DNA of 64,000 bases from Phoronis australis (taxonomy: Eukaryota; Animalia; Phoronida): positions 1 through 64,000 of the forward strand of contig NMRA01000259.1 in NCBI GenBank assembly GCA_002633005.1, given 5' to 3'. This document shows positions 1 to 13,079 of this stretch, in pieces; position 1 is the first letter of the stretch; each line of letters begins with the position of its first letter. The position numbers were made by a program, and so were the translations under genes. Under the pieces are notes generated by a model. It was not told the origin of the DNA. It made no database searches and saw nothing but the letters and a program-made list of their open reading frames with translations.

Positions 1-232
1 TCGAATAAAAGTGTTTGCGTAAAGATCCGTTTCATGAAGTTTTTAACAAAAATGAAGCGGAAATAGTGCCTTTAAGTAGAGCCACTGTTATACGGTTTTC
101 TACAAGACATGTTTGGGTGTTGAAATCATGTTACTGCATTTCCCATTTGTTTTCGCAATGTTTGTTCTGCAATTATAAACGAAAGTTTAGGCCCCTGAGA
201 GACCAACAGGTACATGTATTTCCGTAACTTAT

Positions 233-256
233 TGTGTGTGTGTGTGTGTGTGTGTG
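233..256. repeat. (TG)12 microsatellite
   Basis: Uninterrupted TG dinucleotide run. Confidence 0.95.
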
Positions 257-3200
257 CATGTGTATATTATTCCTGTTCAATATGTTTCTAAACTAATTCA
301 TTTGTGCAATGTTTACCTGTTGCCTATATATATATTGTTAATTGGATTTCAGAGTAGTAATACTATAGGTAGTATGTACCTATGCACGTGAAATAAAATT
401 AAGAAAATGAAAAGTTTTCCTTGTAAAAGAACCCAACTCAGTACTTTGTGACACCAGCAGTGCATATTGTATTTGTTAATTGTCCCGCTCTTGACGGAGA
501 GTCACATTTTTCGAATTTTCCCGCTATCCCGATACATCATCAAAATGTTCCGGTTTTTAACACACGGCGAAATTCACATATTATCATATTACACTATTTG
601 AATTTCCCACCCCACGTAGCCCTATTTTCCAGTTTGATTGAAAAGAAAAAGCGGGTAGTTTCATGTCTTTTTGCGGCTGCCGCAATTTCCATTCGACTAA
701 GAAAAAAACTAAAACACTGTTGAGCTCTTTTGGTTCTTACGTCTCCCGTTCCGTTGGTCAAAAACACGGCGAACATTTCAACCTAGCGTTTGAGCATAGA
801 CCAAATTCCGCGGAATTTACTCTGAGGTCCCACTTTTCAATCCAGATCTCCTGTTTTTTCATTCTCGAATGTTGACAACGAAGCTCTGTTACTTTGAATC
901 TATGGTAGTTTGCTGTATTTGAGTATACTCGTTGATCGTTCAGTTAATCTAGTGTTTGATACTGTTAGTTTATTGTCTTGATAATGCTTGGGCGATTAAA
1001 GCAAACGTTGAGCATGAAAATCTACTTAGTTGCACTGATTTTTAAATTTCTTTTTTATATCGAATGCATCTGATATATCGTGGTTCGTGAGTTATTGGTA
1101 CGCCCCGACCCCTGGCTGATGATCCGTGACTCAAGCGACTAGCAATTCCAAAACAATATGTCGAACGCATCCTTTGCGTCGTGATATCTTGACGACATGC
1201 ATGTGAGTTATGCTGGGCTACTTAGGAAGTAAACGTCAAATGCGTCCCATGTTTAGTGAAACGTTTTATATCACAAAAGAGACGATAATATCTGTTATCC
1301 AGTTTAAGTCTCGCTTTCACCGTTGTGAAGTTTTTTACATTACCGGTGCTAGGTCGTCCTATTTCCTACCTGCGCCACAAGGGTGTGCTCGACTAGAGAC
1401 AGGTTTCAAATTTTTGGTTAAATGCTCCACAGAGCAAACTGGAAACATTCAGACGCAAATAAAGAATAAAACCGACATAATGGCATACAGCAGGGGTCTA
1501 TCCGTAAAAACTGGCGCGTGCGCGCGTCTCCATTTGATGAGAAGCAGTCAGCCGCCCAAATACGTTTTGATAGCAAAGTCATGTTAGAAGCAAACCACAT
1601 CACAATCACCCAAAACTATCACTGATCACTGTTTGAGGGGTTGCCAAACACAAAATTATTAACATTTTAAGTTGGTATTCTCTTAAGGTTGCCTTATGAT
1701 GGTGACCTAACGAAATAAGTCATTTCTGTTCGTTAAGTAAGCACCACTCCCATTGGTTAACGTTTGGCTAGTGTGGTTTACACTAGCCAATGAGAAGCAG
1801 GATCACATATACATTTAGGGAACAACTTCTCATATGCATGCTTCCAGGGCCAGCGAGGCTTCCAGGGATGCTGTTTGTGATTGATTATTTGTTTAACTTG
1901 GTCATTACTTAAACTCGTAAGCGTAATTACATACGAGTTGTGCTAAAATGTCTAAGCAATTGTTAATATTCAACCCAGTTGTGTTAAATATCGAACGACA
2001 TCTACATATACACGAAGTTCTCCACTCTAAGCCCCAGGCTAAGGATGTCTCTGGCTGCCACATTCGATTCACATGATTCAATAAGATCCACATCGGGATT
2101 TGTCACTAAGCTTTGATTTCTTATTTCACTGCGTTCACAAATGTTCATTTAGTCTCATGACTACCATGCTAAGAAGTTGCTGATTGTACCTCAGTTCACG
2201 CTATTCGCATACCTATTTGGCTCTATGCCCGATGAGGCTAAAAGTGCTTGAGCTTTCACAACGCCAAAAGCTAGAATTGACTGAGAAAACAACGTACATT
2301 AGCTGAAATTTCAAGTAAAAGTTTACCTTCGTTAGCAGTGCGGAAGAAAGAAAATGAAGACTTATGCCTAAAGCAAAATTTCTTTGCACAAGCAAAATAA
2401 TGCCTTTTACTCGTATACGCATACCATTTCTTTGGATATAAGGCCAGTCAATATTTTTTTCTAGTGTTTTGTGCCAATTAGCCGTGATCTACACTATAAC
2501 AATTTACAAAGTATCGACTCACTGAAACCATTCCATGAAAATATAACGAATTAAATAATAAAACAAAATACCACGTATTCCAAAGGTTATAATAACGTGT
2601 TTCACAACAAAATTTAAAAGTGGGTGGCTTTTTATTCGAATAGAAGTTCGAAATTCTCGAATATGCGCTGTATGACAGAAATTTGTGAGCCAGGCATGTT
2701 GTTTACATCTCTTTACCTGAAGGTGAAAGTAGTCTCAAGTATAGCACAAGTACCAAACCCCGCAAAACAAACAGTGCTAAATCAAAAGGCAATACCATTT
2801 TATTTATCATAATTTCATGAATTCTTATATGAAGTACAAATGATATAGCTAGTCATGTTTGAAAAAAAATAGAACATGGATTTAGAGAGAGTAATTGGCA
2901 AAATGAACATCTTGGGAAGATGGAAAAAGCCATTATATGTCAATTTCTATATTTTTTTCTGAAAAGTTCAACCATTTTGGATTTGTGCTGTACATCTGTT
3001 TCTACATATATCAAAAATAAATGTAGAAAAATGACTGTTACTACTACCAGCTAAACAGCATACGCAATAAAACATGAAAAGCAAGACTATGGCAGGAAAT
3101 TGTGTTAGAGAACATGTTTGAAATTATAACGCATATGAGCAAATTATCAACTTATTTTATTATACACTAAAAATGTCTTGGGAAGAATACAAGTTTTTCG

Positions 3201-3563
3201 CCAACGCTAATCTAAAAAGAATCATGTGCTTCCAACCATAGAAAACAAAGTAAACACGCTACATTAACGCCAAAGGCCTTTCCTTGAACGCTTGTGATGA
3301 ATATGCATATCTCCTGTCACGACAAACTTTATTACTCTGCGCGTACCAGCGCACAGTCTTGTTATTCTCGGTTTTTATACTTTTTTCTTCTCATTTTCCT
3401 TTCCGACATTTTCTAGAGGTTGATAACTCTCAAACGACTTAACATTCAACTTTGAAATTTGCAGGTACCTTTGAGCGAGCCATAAATTACATAAAATATA
3501 TTTTTGAAAATTTCCAGACACGTTTGAACGATCCGTAAATTTTAAAAAAATATATTTCCACAC

Positions 3564-4830
3564 ATGCACCGGAAGTGGGGAATAGGTGCAAAGATCATCT
3601 AATTTTCAAAATGTTATTTCTCCTGCATTTTCAAAGAACTTTTTTCAATTTCAGTGTAACAGGTGTAAGTCTTCTTGCCAGTCAAATCAATTACTTTCTA
3701 AGTAAAAGGGTCATCCAATCAGATTAAACAGGTCAAAGATCATTGAGAGCAAACTAAGATTTTGAGCTAGAGACTTTAAATTCACAAATCTGATTGGTAC
3801 ATGTATTTGAGCTTCAATTCCAAAGTTTAAGGTCATTTGGTGCAACCATGGGTCATTAGGCGTATGTTTCTTCTGAAACTTTTACGGTTTCATTCCAAAC
3901 GTATTCTGATGTGTAAACAATTAGACAGCTGTGATTCTGAATATGAAATACATTTTTCACGGACTTTGCAATAATTTTACTAAAAAGACTTATAATGCAC
4001 CGGAAGAAGTAAATTAGTGAGAAGATTATGTAATGTTCAAAATGTTACTTCTCTTATATTTTTCAAGGAATTCTCTTCAATTTCAGCACACAGATGTAAG
4101 CATATATGCTAATCAAATACATTACTAATCAGATAAAATAGGTCAATGATCGTTGAGCGCAAACATAAAGTTTGAACTAGACACTTTAGATTTACGCGGG
4201 ATTGATGCATGCAGTTGCGTTCTAATTCCAAAGCTTCATGTCATTTGGTACAACCATGGGTTATTAAGTGCATTTTTCTTCTGCAATTTATCATTTATCA
4301 CGTATTCTGATGTGTCAGCAGTTAGACAATTGTGATTCGCAGCATTAATTGCACTTTTCACGCACTTTGCACTAATTCCACTACAAAAGCTCATAATACA
4401 CTAGAAAGGATGAACTAGTGCAAAGACGTTATTTCTTCTACATTTTCAAGGAATTCTTTTCAATTTCAGCACACAGGAGTAAGCATATATGCCAATCAAA
4501 TACACTACTTTTCAAATCAATCGGGCCACCCAATCAGGTAAAATAGGCTAAAGGTCATTGAGTGCAAACTTAAATTTTGAGTTAGGTATTCATATTTACA
4601 TACTTAGAAACATGTAATTAAGTTCCAATTGCAAAGTTTCAGGTCATTTGGTACAACCATGGGGTCATTACGTGCATTTTCCTTCCGAAAAATTGACCTT
4701 TTCATTCAACATGTTATAGTACTGTCATTCTCAACATTAACCACACTTTTTAGGGACTTTATCATTATTCCACTACATTAGCCCAAAATGCACCGAAAAG
4801 GATCAAATACTACAAAAGATATCTAATTTC
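3564..4830. repeat. Diverged tandem array of ~400-430 bp units (about 3.1 copies)
   Basis: Unit start ATGCACCGGAAG/ATACACTAGAAAG/ATGCACCGAAAAG recurs at 3564, 3995, 4396 and 4788. Shared internal motifs include TTCAATTTCAG and TCATTTGGTRCAACCATGGG. Confidence 0.85.
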
Positions 4831-5297
4831 TATTCCACTGTGCCAACAATAAAACATCTGTGATTCGGCATGATCCACACTTTTATTTTCTTGAACAGTT
4901 CTCCTACGGTGCACAAGCCAACGGAAAGGTTAAAAACTTTCCAAAAAGTCTCACACGCGCGGAGTCATTATTGTCACTTTTTTGTTGGATTTGTGAGCTT
5001 CTGCTCCGTGTAACATATTGGAATTAATGGCGCAAATTGAATAAGGCCAACAAAAAACTATTTGTTTGTTCATTTCATTCTGCTGTATGTGTTTTGTGCA
5101 GCGCCAGATAACTGTGGTGCTTACTTAATGACCGGAAATTCGTAGTCTTTTGATTATCATAAGGTGTGCTTAAAGAGAATGATCCCAACTTAAAATGGTA
5201 ATAACTTTCATGACTGTTAATTTTAAGCTTGGCAACCCCCGAAACGGTGAGCAACGATAGTTTTGGGTGACTGAGATATGTATTGTTTGCTTCTAGC

Positions 5298-6110
5298 ATG
5301 ATCCTGCTCGACTTAGCGAAAGCCTTCGACAAAGTATATAAGTATATAATCAGGGTCTTTTGCTTTATCTCAACAATTAAAGAATAACAGCTCGCTACAA
5401 GACTTTCGTCATCGAAAGAATCCTTAGTGTAGCCACTGCGCTGGAGATGCTGGTAAATAGTAGGGTACCATCTGGGGCCCTTTATTATTAATACTCTTTA
5501 CAATAACTCCTCTGATATTGTGAACCAAGGCACAGTGTTACTTCTCTTCGCTGTCAACTGTACTTTATTGCAGCGTCAACATCAACCAGGAATAACAAAC
5601 TCTTCAAGTAGACTTAGAGAACCTACAACTATGTGAAGCCTATTGCCAATTGGAGCCCCATCCTTCAAAATGTTACCTGACCCGTGTAACCAACAAAAGA
5701 GTCTCATCTGACTTCATGCTGTTTCCACAATACGACATGATCTGTCAAGACATCTGCAACATATTTGGGTGTAAACATTCATGAAATGATCATATTAGCA
5801 TAATCACCAAGAAAGCAAACGGAGCACGTGCTTTTACTAATCAAACTCTGACGACGTCTGCCCCTCCAAGGATCAAAGCTGAGTGCCTGACTAGTCTTTC
5901 GAGGTCCGTGCATGTCCGTTCTGGAGTGCCCCACACAAGCTCAACCACCAAGAAGCTAGAAAGACTTCAAAGGCGCAGCTCCAGGACTGCATTCCAGTGG
6001 ATGAGGGAATCCAGCGTCTCCAAAGGGATTAACAAGCTGCCTCCAAATTTCAACGACATTTACACAAAGACATCAGCAAAGGATTTTAACTTCTTCCAGA
6101 ACAATTGTTA
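5298..6110 (+). mobile_element. Decayed CR1-like non-LTR retrotransposon, reverse transcriptase fragment (frameshifted)
   Basis: RT motifs appear in order in broken frames: MILLDLAKAFDKV (5298), an LGP-like segment (~5473), LLFA[VN] in place of FADD (~5540), LQVDLENLQ, PSKCY, TYLGVNI, ITKKAN and KLERLQRRSSR (cf. CR1 LERVQRRA). Confidence 0.8.
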
Positions 6111-7014
6111 ACGTCAATACCAAGAATGCAGAGCATATTACAATGTGAAGCTGTCATGGCTTCGCAGACGCCGTTCAGGATCATGATTTCTAGCCGCCGA
6201 AGTAAACTTTTTGTTTATCAGTGAACACTCTTCAACCAATCACCATTGTAAATATCCATTTAAAACTGAGCAGGTCCTGTCGACTCCTTCATAGAAAGGT
6301 ATACCCCAAATATTGTGAAGACCTCTCAATGAGCTTAATGGCAACAGGCAAATAAAACTTAAAATGCCACAAAAGGGCACGTCAAGGTACTAGTCTGGCT
6401 CTCAAAATCAGCACCGGTTGTGCTCTTCACAATAACAAAATATGTCTAGAAATATCATATTTCACGAAGATCCATAAAACCACAAACATGTATGGAGGCA
6501 GAAACAAAATCGCCATTACGAGGGCCTTTGTAGACGGGCTTGTCCGAAAGTCAGCGTCAGTTAAAAAAATATATTCGAAAATACCAACGGCCAAAACGAA
6601 AAATACTTCGGATCAATTAAAAATTTCCTGGAAGGTATCAACTTCATCTAACCAGACACCTGTATGCCAAATTGCATATGTACAGTGACACATAGATATG
6701 TGGGCACATAAAGAGGTATTTTGAAAAATTCTTCACGAAACCATGAAACGTGAAAAGCATGCTTCGAAAATGTCAGGCTGCTCGAGAAACCCGAGATCTC
6801 TCACTTTACGTTTTGAAAATCGATACACCCGCCGATCTTTATTAACCCAGCCCATGCCTTAACATTTGACTTTTCTAGCAATGTGATGCCAGGAACTGGT
6901 GATAAAGGTTACACAACAGCATTAAGCCCGGATTAGACACACAGTGTTTCCATTGACCTTTTCCATAAAACAAATTGCGTCATGCACATCCCAGAGCATA
7001 GATTTTGAAGAATG

Positions 7015-7087
7015 TGTAACACAGGCGGTCGTCTGGTCGGAAAGCGGCAATATGTAACACAGGCGATCGTCTGGTCGGAAAGCGGCA
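7015..7087. repeat. 38-bp tandem duplication
   Basis: TGTAACACAGGCGRTCGTCTGGTCGGAAAGCGGCA at 7015 and 7053. Confidence 0.9.
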
Positions 7088-7506
7088 CGTGGTTTTGCAT
7101 AGATGCTAAACGTTTACTCGTATCTACAAGAACTAAACTGTAGGCTTCTTTGAAGATTAACTGGTCTCCACAGAACAAACCTACGTCAGCAGCTGGCGTT
7201 GCCGTACGCGATGACCGCTATCTCATAATCTTTAGTGTTTATGACGTCCGTCGCTATCCATCGAAAGGTCACTTGTTAGGTTTACAGTCTTCTGGTTTAA
7301 AGAATTATTTTTCAATTGTTTTTGATAAAAATGACCAGACAGTTTTAAAATACCTTTCACATTACTAAAATATGACAAATCAACCAACACGGTTTAAACA
7401 CATTTCTAAAACCTGATGTAAAGCCTTCCTCGATGGATGTTTTGGGGAATCTGGATAGGTCTAGCAATTTTAGTAATAGAAGAGAATACGATTTAAATGC
7501 TCAACC

Positions 7507-7626
7507 CACAGGCGCTTGGGTTTATCGCAAATGACGTCACTCAATAATATATATAAGAAAACATATGTTTTCTTATATATATATATTATTGAGTGACGTC
7601 ATTTGCGATAAACCCAAGCGCCTGTG
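7507..7626. mobile_element. 120-bp palindromic (foldback) MITE with 8-bp TSD, P-element/hAT-like ends
   Basis: CACAGGCGCTTGGG...CCCAAGCGCCTGTG is self-complementary throughout except for one extra TA. It is flanked by direct repeats GCTCAACC (7499-7506, 7627-7634). Confidence 0.9.
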
Positions 7627-8834
7627 GCTCAACCGAAGGCACGTCGAGCGATAAGTTAAGTAAACTTTACGCGCCATACTGTGCCAGCTCAATGAAACGG
7701 CAAATAAGTAGAAGTATGCATTTGCTGCGAGTACCAAGCTATTTTGAATAGAACACCCGTGTGTGCAGGTGTTGTTCGCAGTTGTCTGAATCAACTGGGG
7801 ATTCTCGCGGTGACGTAGACGAAAGTCAGGCAATAAGCCTAAAAGTTCATTACATTTAGCACTTTATGACTTAAGTACGTGTTGTCAGGGTGATGCTTTT
7901 AACATACTGTAGAAACTAAATATACATGAATTACAGCTCGATGTTGGCTTTAAGCTATTGAAATGCTAAGATGACTGTTCAGAGTGTTTGTCTGTGGATA
8001 TAAAGATCAGTTGACCACGGGTTTTATTCGAAATCCCAAGTTTTTACTCGAGTTTGTAGCTAAGTCCAAACTTGGACTAGAAACTCATCTGCGTAAATCG
8101 CAATGTACTCAAGGATAGAAAAAATAGAGTTACATTGAGTTCGTGCTAAACTGGACTGAAAATGTCAATAATAAGTTCGAGTACGATTTTAAGTTCCCGG
8201 ACCCTGGGTCTCTAGCAATAACGAACAGCCCGTTCGGCGAGTCCTGAATCACCTATAATAAAGATGTTCACTTTTTGAAGTAAGAGAATTTCGTCAGTAG
8301 GATAATCATTTGTGCTCTTCCAGTGAAGCCCGAGAAAAACTTGGAATGTCCTTTGTTTTGTTCGCCATTCTGTATTTAAATAAGGCGGAAGTATAAAACA
8401 AATTTACTTCCACCGGCTAGAAAACTGAGCGTTTAAATTCTTGAGATCAGATCCAATGTGTAATCGAACTAACAGCGCCGCAGTTTGAGACAGTGTACGT
8501 TGTTATACTTAACGCCTCGTATAAAACTCTAGAGCAGTGGAAGGTTTTGCAGGTGTCTTTTTGAAATGAATAAAACAATATCCTATTCAGTACGAGTGAT
8601 GACATTTTTAAAATTATTGGAATAACACTGACATTTTTCATGCAGATCAGCCTATGTAAATGTACATGCAAATTCAGTTCATTTAATTCACGCGAATGTG
8701 TTTATGAAACTCCTTCCCCTTCCAGTTTCCTATATCCTCTTTTGTAGTAATCTCATGTTAACTGTACACCCTATGAATTTTTTAAGACCCGTCTGCCCGC
8801 CACCTGTTGGCCACGTCACGTGACCTAATGATTT

Positions 8835-8911
8835 CTGGCACGACTGGGACTCGAATCCGGGATATCTGCTAAGCGTGCAGACTTATGTTTATTAGATCAC
8901 GGGATGCGGCC
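8835..8911 (-). mobile_element. Possible tRNA-derived SINE head (degenerate)
   Basis: Minus strand reads GGCCGCATCCCGTGATCTAA...CCCGGATTCGAGTCCCAGTCGTGCCA. The B-box is good; the A-box and cloverleaf are degenerate. Confidence 0.4.
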
Positions 8912-9599
8912 AACAGACGGCATGCAGACCTTTCTTAAGAATGTTTGCGATCAAATTTCCACGCGGTTCAGGATTTACATACTTATTTACGAGGTCCTTT
9001 GCAAAATACTTACTTATTCTGTACGATATACTGTTATTTATATTCTAGGAACATGTAGCTGGGACCGGCGCCACCCAACCCCAACCACTAATGCTATGAT
9101 TTCTAAGTAAATAATCACGCATAAATTGTAAAAATATATATGTACTATTTATACTTTGGACATACGCTGAAATACTGACATGGCATCAACAGAATGAATA
9201 CTTAAATAAATAAATAAACCGATACATTGGCCGACGGAAGTAAAAGCACTACGCTTCAACAGTAAATTAAACATCAAAATAACATTAAATTTTGCAAAAT
9301 ATGCCTACCTAAGGTTTTGATCATCGTTACGAATTAATTAAATCAGCACTCGGCAACAACCATTAGCCTATCGACCTGTAACTTGCAAAAAAACTAAAGA
9401 TGAATAACCAGAGTCCATAATGATTGAAATTCTTTTGAAAACGGATTAATTTCGTTGCACGATGTCAGTTTTATATTTTAACAGTTTTAATTATATTTCC
9501 TGGTTGATATTGGAATGACACCTGTCTTACATACACACCTTCTTCTACAAAACCAGAAAAAAACGAAAATAATAAGCTATCACAGGGTTATTAATCATC

Positions 9600-10000
9600 A
9601 ACCTGTCGTTACGTACAAGTCTACGAGAGCATCTGTCACCCAGCGACAAGGTGAGAGTCAGCCGATTTCCACCAAATTTCGCACACAGGGTCCCATAATC
9701 AGTGCTAAAGCATTTTCCTCAAAATATTGAGTTATACGCTACAACTATTCACGGTTTTCAAGTCAATTTTCCACCCTAGAAATTCTTGATTTTGAACTTG
9801 TATTTATTCATTGGATGAAAGTTATTGAACTGATAGGTCATAGGTCATGCGATGGTAATAGATTGACATTCAAATGTCTTGAAAAATCATCGATTTACTA
9901 CCAATATTTAGTAGTTTCGCTTAAGTACCCCCAAAACCGCTTTGAACCTATGCCATGCTCCATTACATGACATCTGCCCCCCTTGTGACTACGAGAATGA
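9600..10000. mobile_element. Possible non-autonomous Helentron-associated (HINE-like) element fragment
   Basis: Imperfect inverted ends TCGTTACGTACAAG / CTTGTGACTACGA, and an internal CCGATTTCCACCAAATTTCGCACA motif of the kind common in such elements. The family call is from memory only. Confidence 0.3.
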
Positions 10001-11564
10001 AACTTAATATAAATATTGACATAATACGGTACTTCTATCACCTAGAACAAAAACATTGTCACTCAGCCCATTAGTTATCTCAAACGTAATAAAAACGGAC
10101 ACTTGCAGATACTGGCGTTGACAACACGTATAAACAGTCAGTTTTCGACATTTTTTCATGTTTTGCAAGAAATTATTTTGCAGTTGAGCTAGTTCCTGAA
10201 GATTTCTCAACATGGCTCTCTTTTTGCAAAAAATCGACTATGACCACCCTAATAGAGAATACAATAAAGTAGATTTGGAATGCCCTCTAAATGTGAAATC
10301 TTGTCCGAGTCGCCATCAACACATATTGTCGTCCGGGCGACAATATATACGTCACCACATCCCCGTAATTGCGAACACATTTGCGGCCGGTTGAAGAGTT
10401 TCCTCCATTAAGATGTCTATGGTTTCTTCATTTCCGAACAAATATCTCGTTAATGAAAGCCATATGTTCCTTCTGAACGGAAGTAAATTTCAGAACCGGA
10501 AGTCTGTGCCTTTTGAACAGACGATCCGCTTAATCACATTAGGCTAAGAATTCGAAACTGAAATATGTATCATGTTCTACTTATACAAAACAAAGACAAG
10601 CACACAAAGTTGTTTCCAAATCATTCTAGCGAAAATAAGACCGTCAAGATTTTTTGTCAATAAAAGACCGCACGCGGAATATTTGGAATGCTTATTTTTA
10701 AAACGTTTCCACACTTTCAATCACATATTCTAAAGTACTTACACCTTGGTGAATCCCAAAGTGAAACGGGTAAGGGTAAATTCATCGAAATAAGGTTCTT
10801 CAAACTCATCAGAGTAGATCAGTGAGCCCGCCAGCATTGATTGTCCAGATTCTACGTAATACGTATTGACCAATAAATGATCTTAACTCGAGATCAGCTT
10901 ATTAACATATAGACAGGTAGTGTTTGCGGGTGTTCTGAATTTGCCAGCTGATTGAATTTTTTGATGTCTTTGAAGTTAAACGGTAGACCGGCCCTATATC
11001 AAACTGTCTCAGTTTTCCACATTTGCTGAGAGTGGCCAATCCAGAAAATTAAGTTTGGGCCTGCTGGTTTGTAAGCTAGTACTTTTACGTGGCCAAGCGT
11101 TACCTAGAGAGCGCAGAAGTCTCATAGACGAGCATACATGTACATGCAGTACGTTTTACTACCCTGTGACACAGCGCCACCTATACTGAAAAGTGGTCCT
11201 GTGGCAACATGATGAACGACACACGGAATTCCATGTGTGGGCATCAATGCGCATGCTTAGTCGGACGTTAATTTACAGATAACATAGCCACCACTTGCAC
11301 ACGCCTTCTATGCACTGAACTTGTTTGGGCTTAAGCCACAGGATCGGGGTATTCTTGATTTTGTTTACTTCGACCACTGACGGTTTTAATAAATTTTAAA
11401 GGTGGTCTTACCTAGCCTAAATGTAAACTGAAAGGGGTTCCCAGATTTCAACCAATTGGAACGACTGAATGTTATGACGTCGGTTTCATTACTGTAACCA
11501 ATAAGAAGCCATGTTAAACAACATTCTACAGTGCTACCTTTCGTAGCACTGTGAAAGAGTGTAC

Positions 11565-11591
11565 CATAGACATCTAATACTGATGTCTATG
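11565..11591. mobile_element. 27-bp micro-MITE candidate (10-bp TIRs, 8-bp TSD)
   Basis: CATAGACATC-TAATACT-GATGTCTATG, flanked by GAGTGTAC and GAGTATAC (7/8 match). Confidence 0.65.
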
Positions 11592-12539
11592 GAGTATACG
11601 TTTTACTCAACTTGGAGGCGCATCGACATCTATCGGAAAATAAGCTTAACTAGATCACTGAACATCTCCCTGCCACAAGGCATTCGGAATAAAAAGTTCA
11701 CGTAAGGAAAGTAACACAAATGTGTCAGCGACCCCTGGTAGTATCGGGTGGTATAGTCAGTCTTAGTCAATCATTATCTTAAAATCGGTCATATAGCCTT
11801 CTAAACTACAGTCCCTTACATAAGTGATCCTTACAATTCACACGTCCAATCTTGGTGGGGCTTTACAGATCGTCCGGAATGCGTACGGCAAGGTCGTGAT
11901 GTAAGAATAGGCACTGTTGGTACTGGTTTGGCAGCGACTGTGACTGGTTAGTCCGCTGCAGCGAATGTGCGATGCGATGCCACCATATATAGATATAGTC
12001 TACGATGCCACTGTGTCTTTGGCGATATCCTCAGTCAGCGGCATTGGACTTGCTCAGAAATTATCGGTTGCGCACGAAGGAATAGCCATCTGCACGCTGA
12101 ACTTCGTGCTCCCTGCTCCTCGGGAAAGGTGCTTCTTCATAACTGCGGGATTCCACCCCATTTGATCTCAATTGATAGGCTGGAAACAGACAGTGTCATC
12201 GGGCTGGGTAGGCAACACGTAGCCCCTCGGTTGGTTGGTTGGGGGCTACAATACTTCCCATCGCTTTCTGTACGCATTCGTCCCGTGACGTGTCTTAAAC
12301 GGGCGGCAGGCCAAATCCGGCCACCGATTAAGAGATTTCACTTCGTCAAAATACATTCTAAACTCAAAACCATCACTTAAAAAGAGCTTACTTTCTTCAG
12401 TGATCCTTTCTGCTTCTACACATATCTTTGATGAAGCCTATCTACTACAATTAAGGTGACTTTGGAGAAGAATTCCAACTCCACTTTTTGGTCACCGTTA
12501 ACTTTTTCACCGCACGCGCGATAAACACAAAATATTTCA

Positions 12540-12620
12540 ACTGAGTCACGTGAGTTAGGCAAAGGCTGAGTGAAGCGCGNGGCTGAGTGAAGCGCGTGAC
12601 CTGGCGCGTGACACTTGCAA
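12540..12620. promoter_or_regulatory. Promoter-like CpG-rich island (E-box GTCACGTGAG, repeated GCGCGTGAC)
   Basis: Local CpG enrichment and motif cluster. Splice-donor-like sites point away from it on both strands (12391 minus, 12805 plus). Confidence 0.4.
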
Positions 12621-12899
12621 AATAGCATGGGAAGATATCAGGTGGAATTGTGAGTTTTGTGTTGCTTGGACTTTTTGTTCGTTAACAGGCGTGATTTCTC
12701 GTAACTTCCTCAAAATGGCACCCGTGAGAGAAACTCAAGCGAACCCCGACAGATTTTCATGGATATGTTCAAGTTATGTTGACTAAATTGTATTCACAGC
12801 CAAGGTATGTGTTAATTATAACTCCGTGTGCATTTATGCATGTTTCATTCGATTTTATTTGCTGTATTTTGAAATGCGTAACTTTTTATGGGGATGTAC

Positions 12900-13079
12900 A
12901 ATGCGCGCACCCATGGGGGGTCGGGGGGTTCGAACGCAAAATGGTCCGCCCCTGAGAGACAAAAAGTCCGAGAAAATGGAACAAAAGTTTTTTTTTTAGT
13001 TCGCCGGCTCTTTTGTTAGCAAAAGGTCCACAACGTCAGGAATTCGAGCCCCCCATATTGAAGGCTGGGTGCGCGCATG
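12900..13079. mobile_element. 180-bp hAT-like MITE with 5-bp TSD
   Basis: TIRs ATGCGCGCACCCA / TGGGTGCGCGCAT with G-rich and C-rich subterminal tracts. Flanks TGTAC at 12895-12899 and 13080-13084. Confidence 0.75.

Noticed and set aside
1764-1790. 11-bp hairpin TTGGCTAGTGT-GGTTT-ACACTAGCCAA
   Set aside because: The stem is real but isolated, with no TSD or context to give it meaning. Bacterial-type terminators are not relevant here.
12564-12596. Exact 16-bp direct repeat GGCTGAGTGAAGCGCG
   Set aside because: The two copies are separated by a single N (12580), which is typical of an unmerged contig overlap rather than a real duplication.
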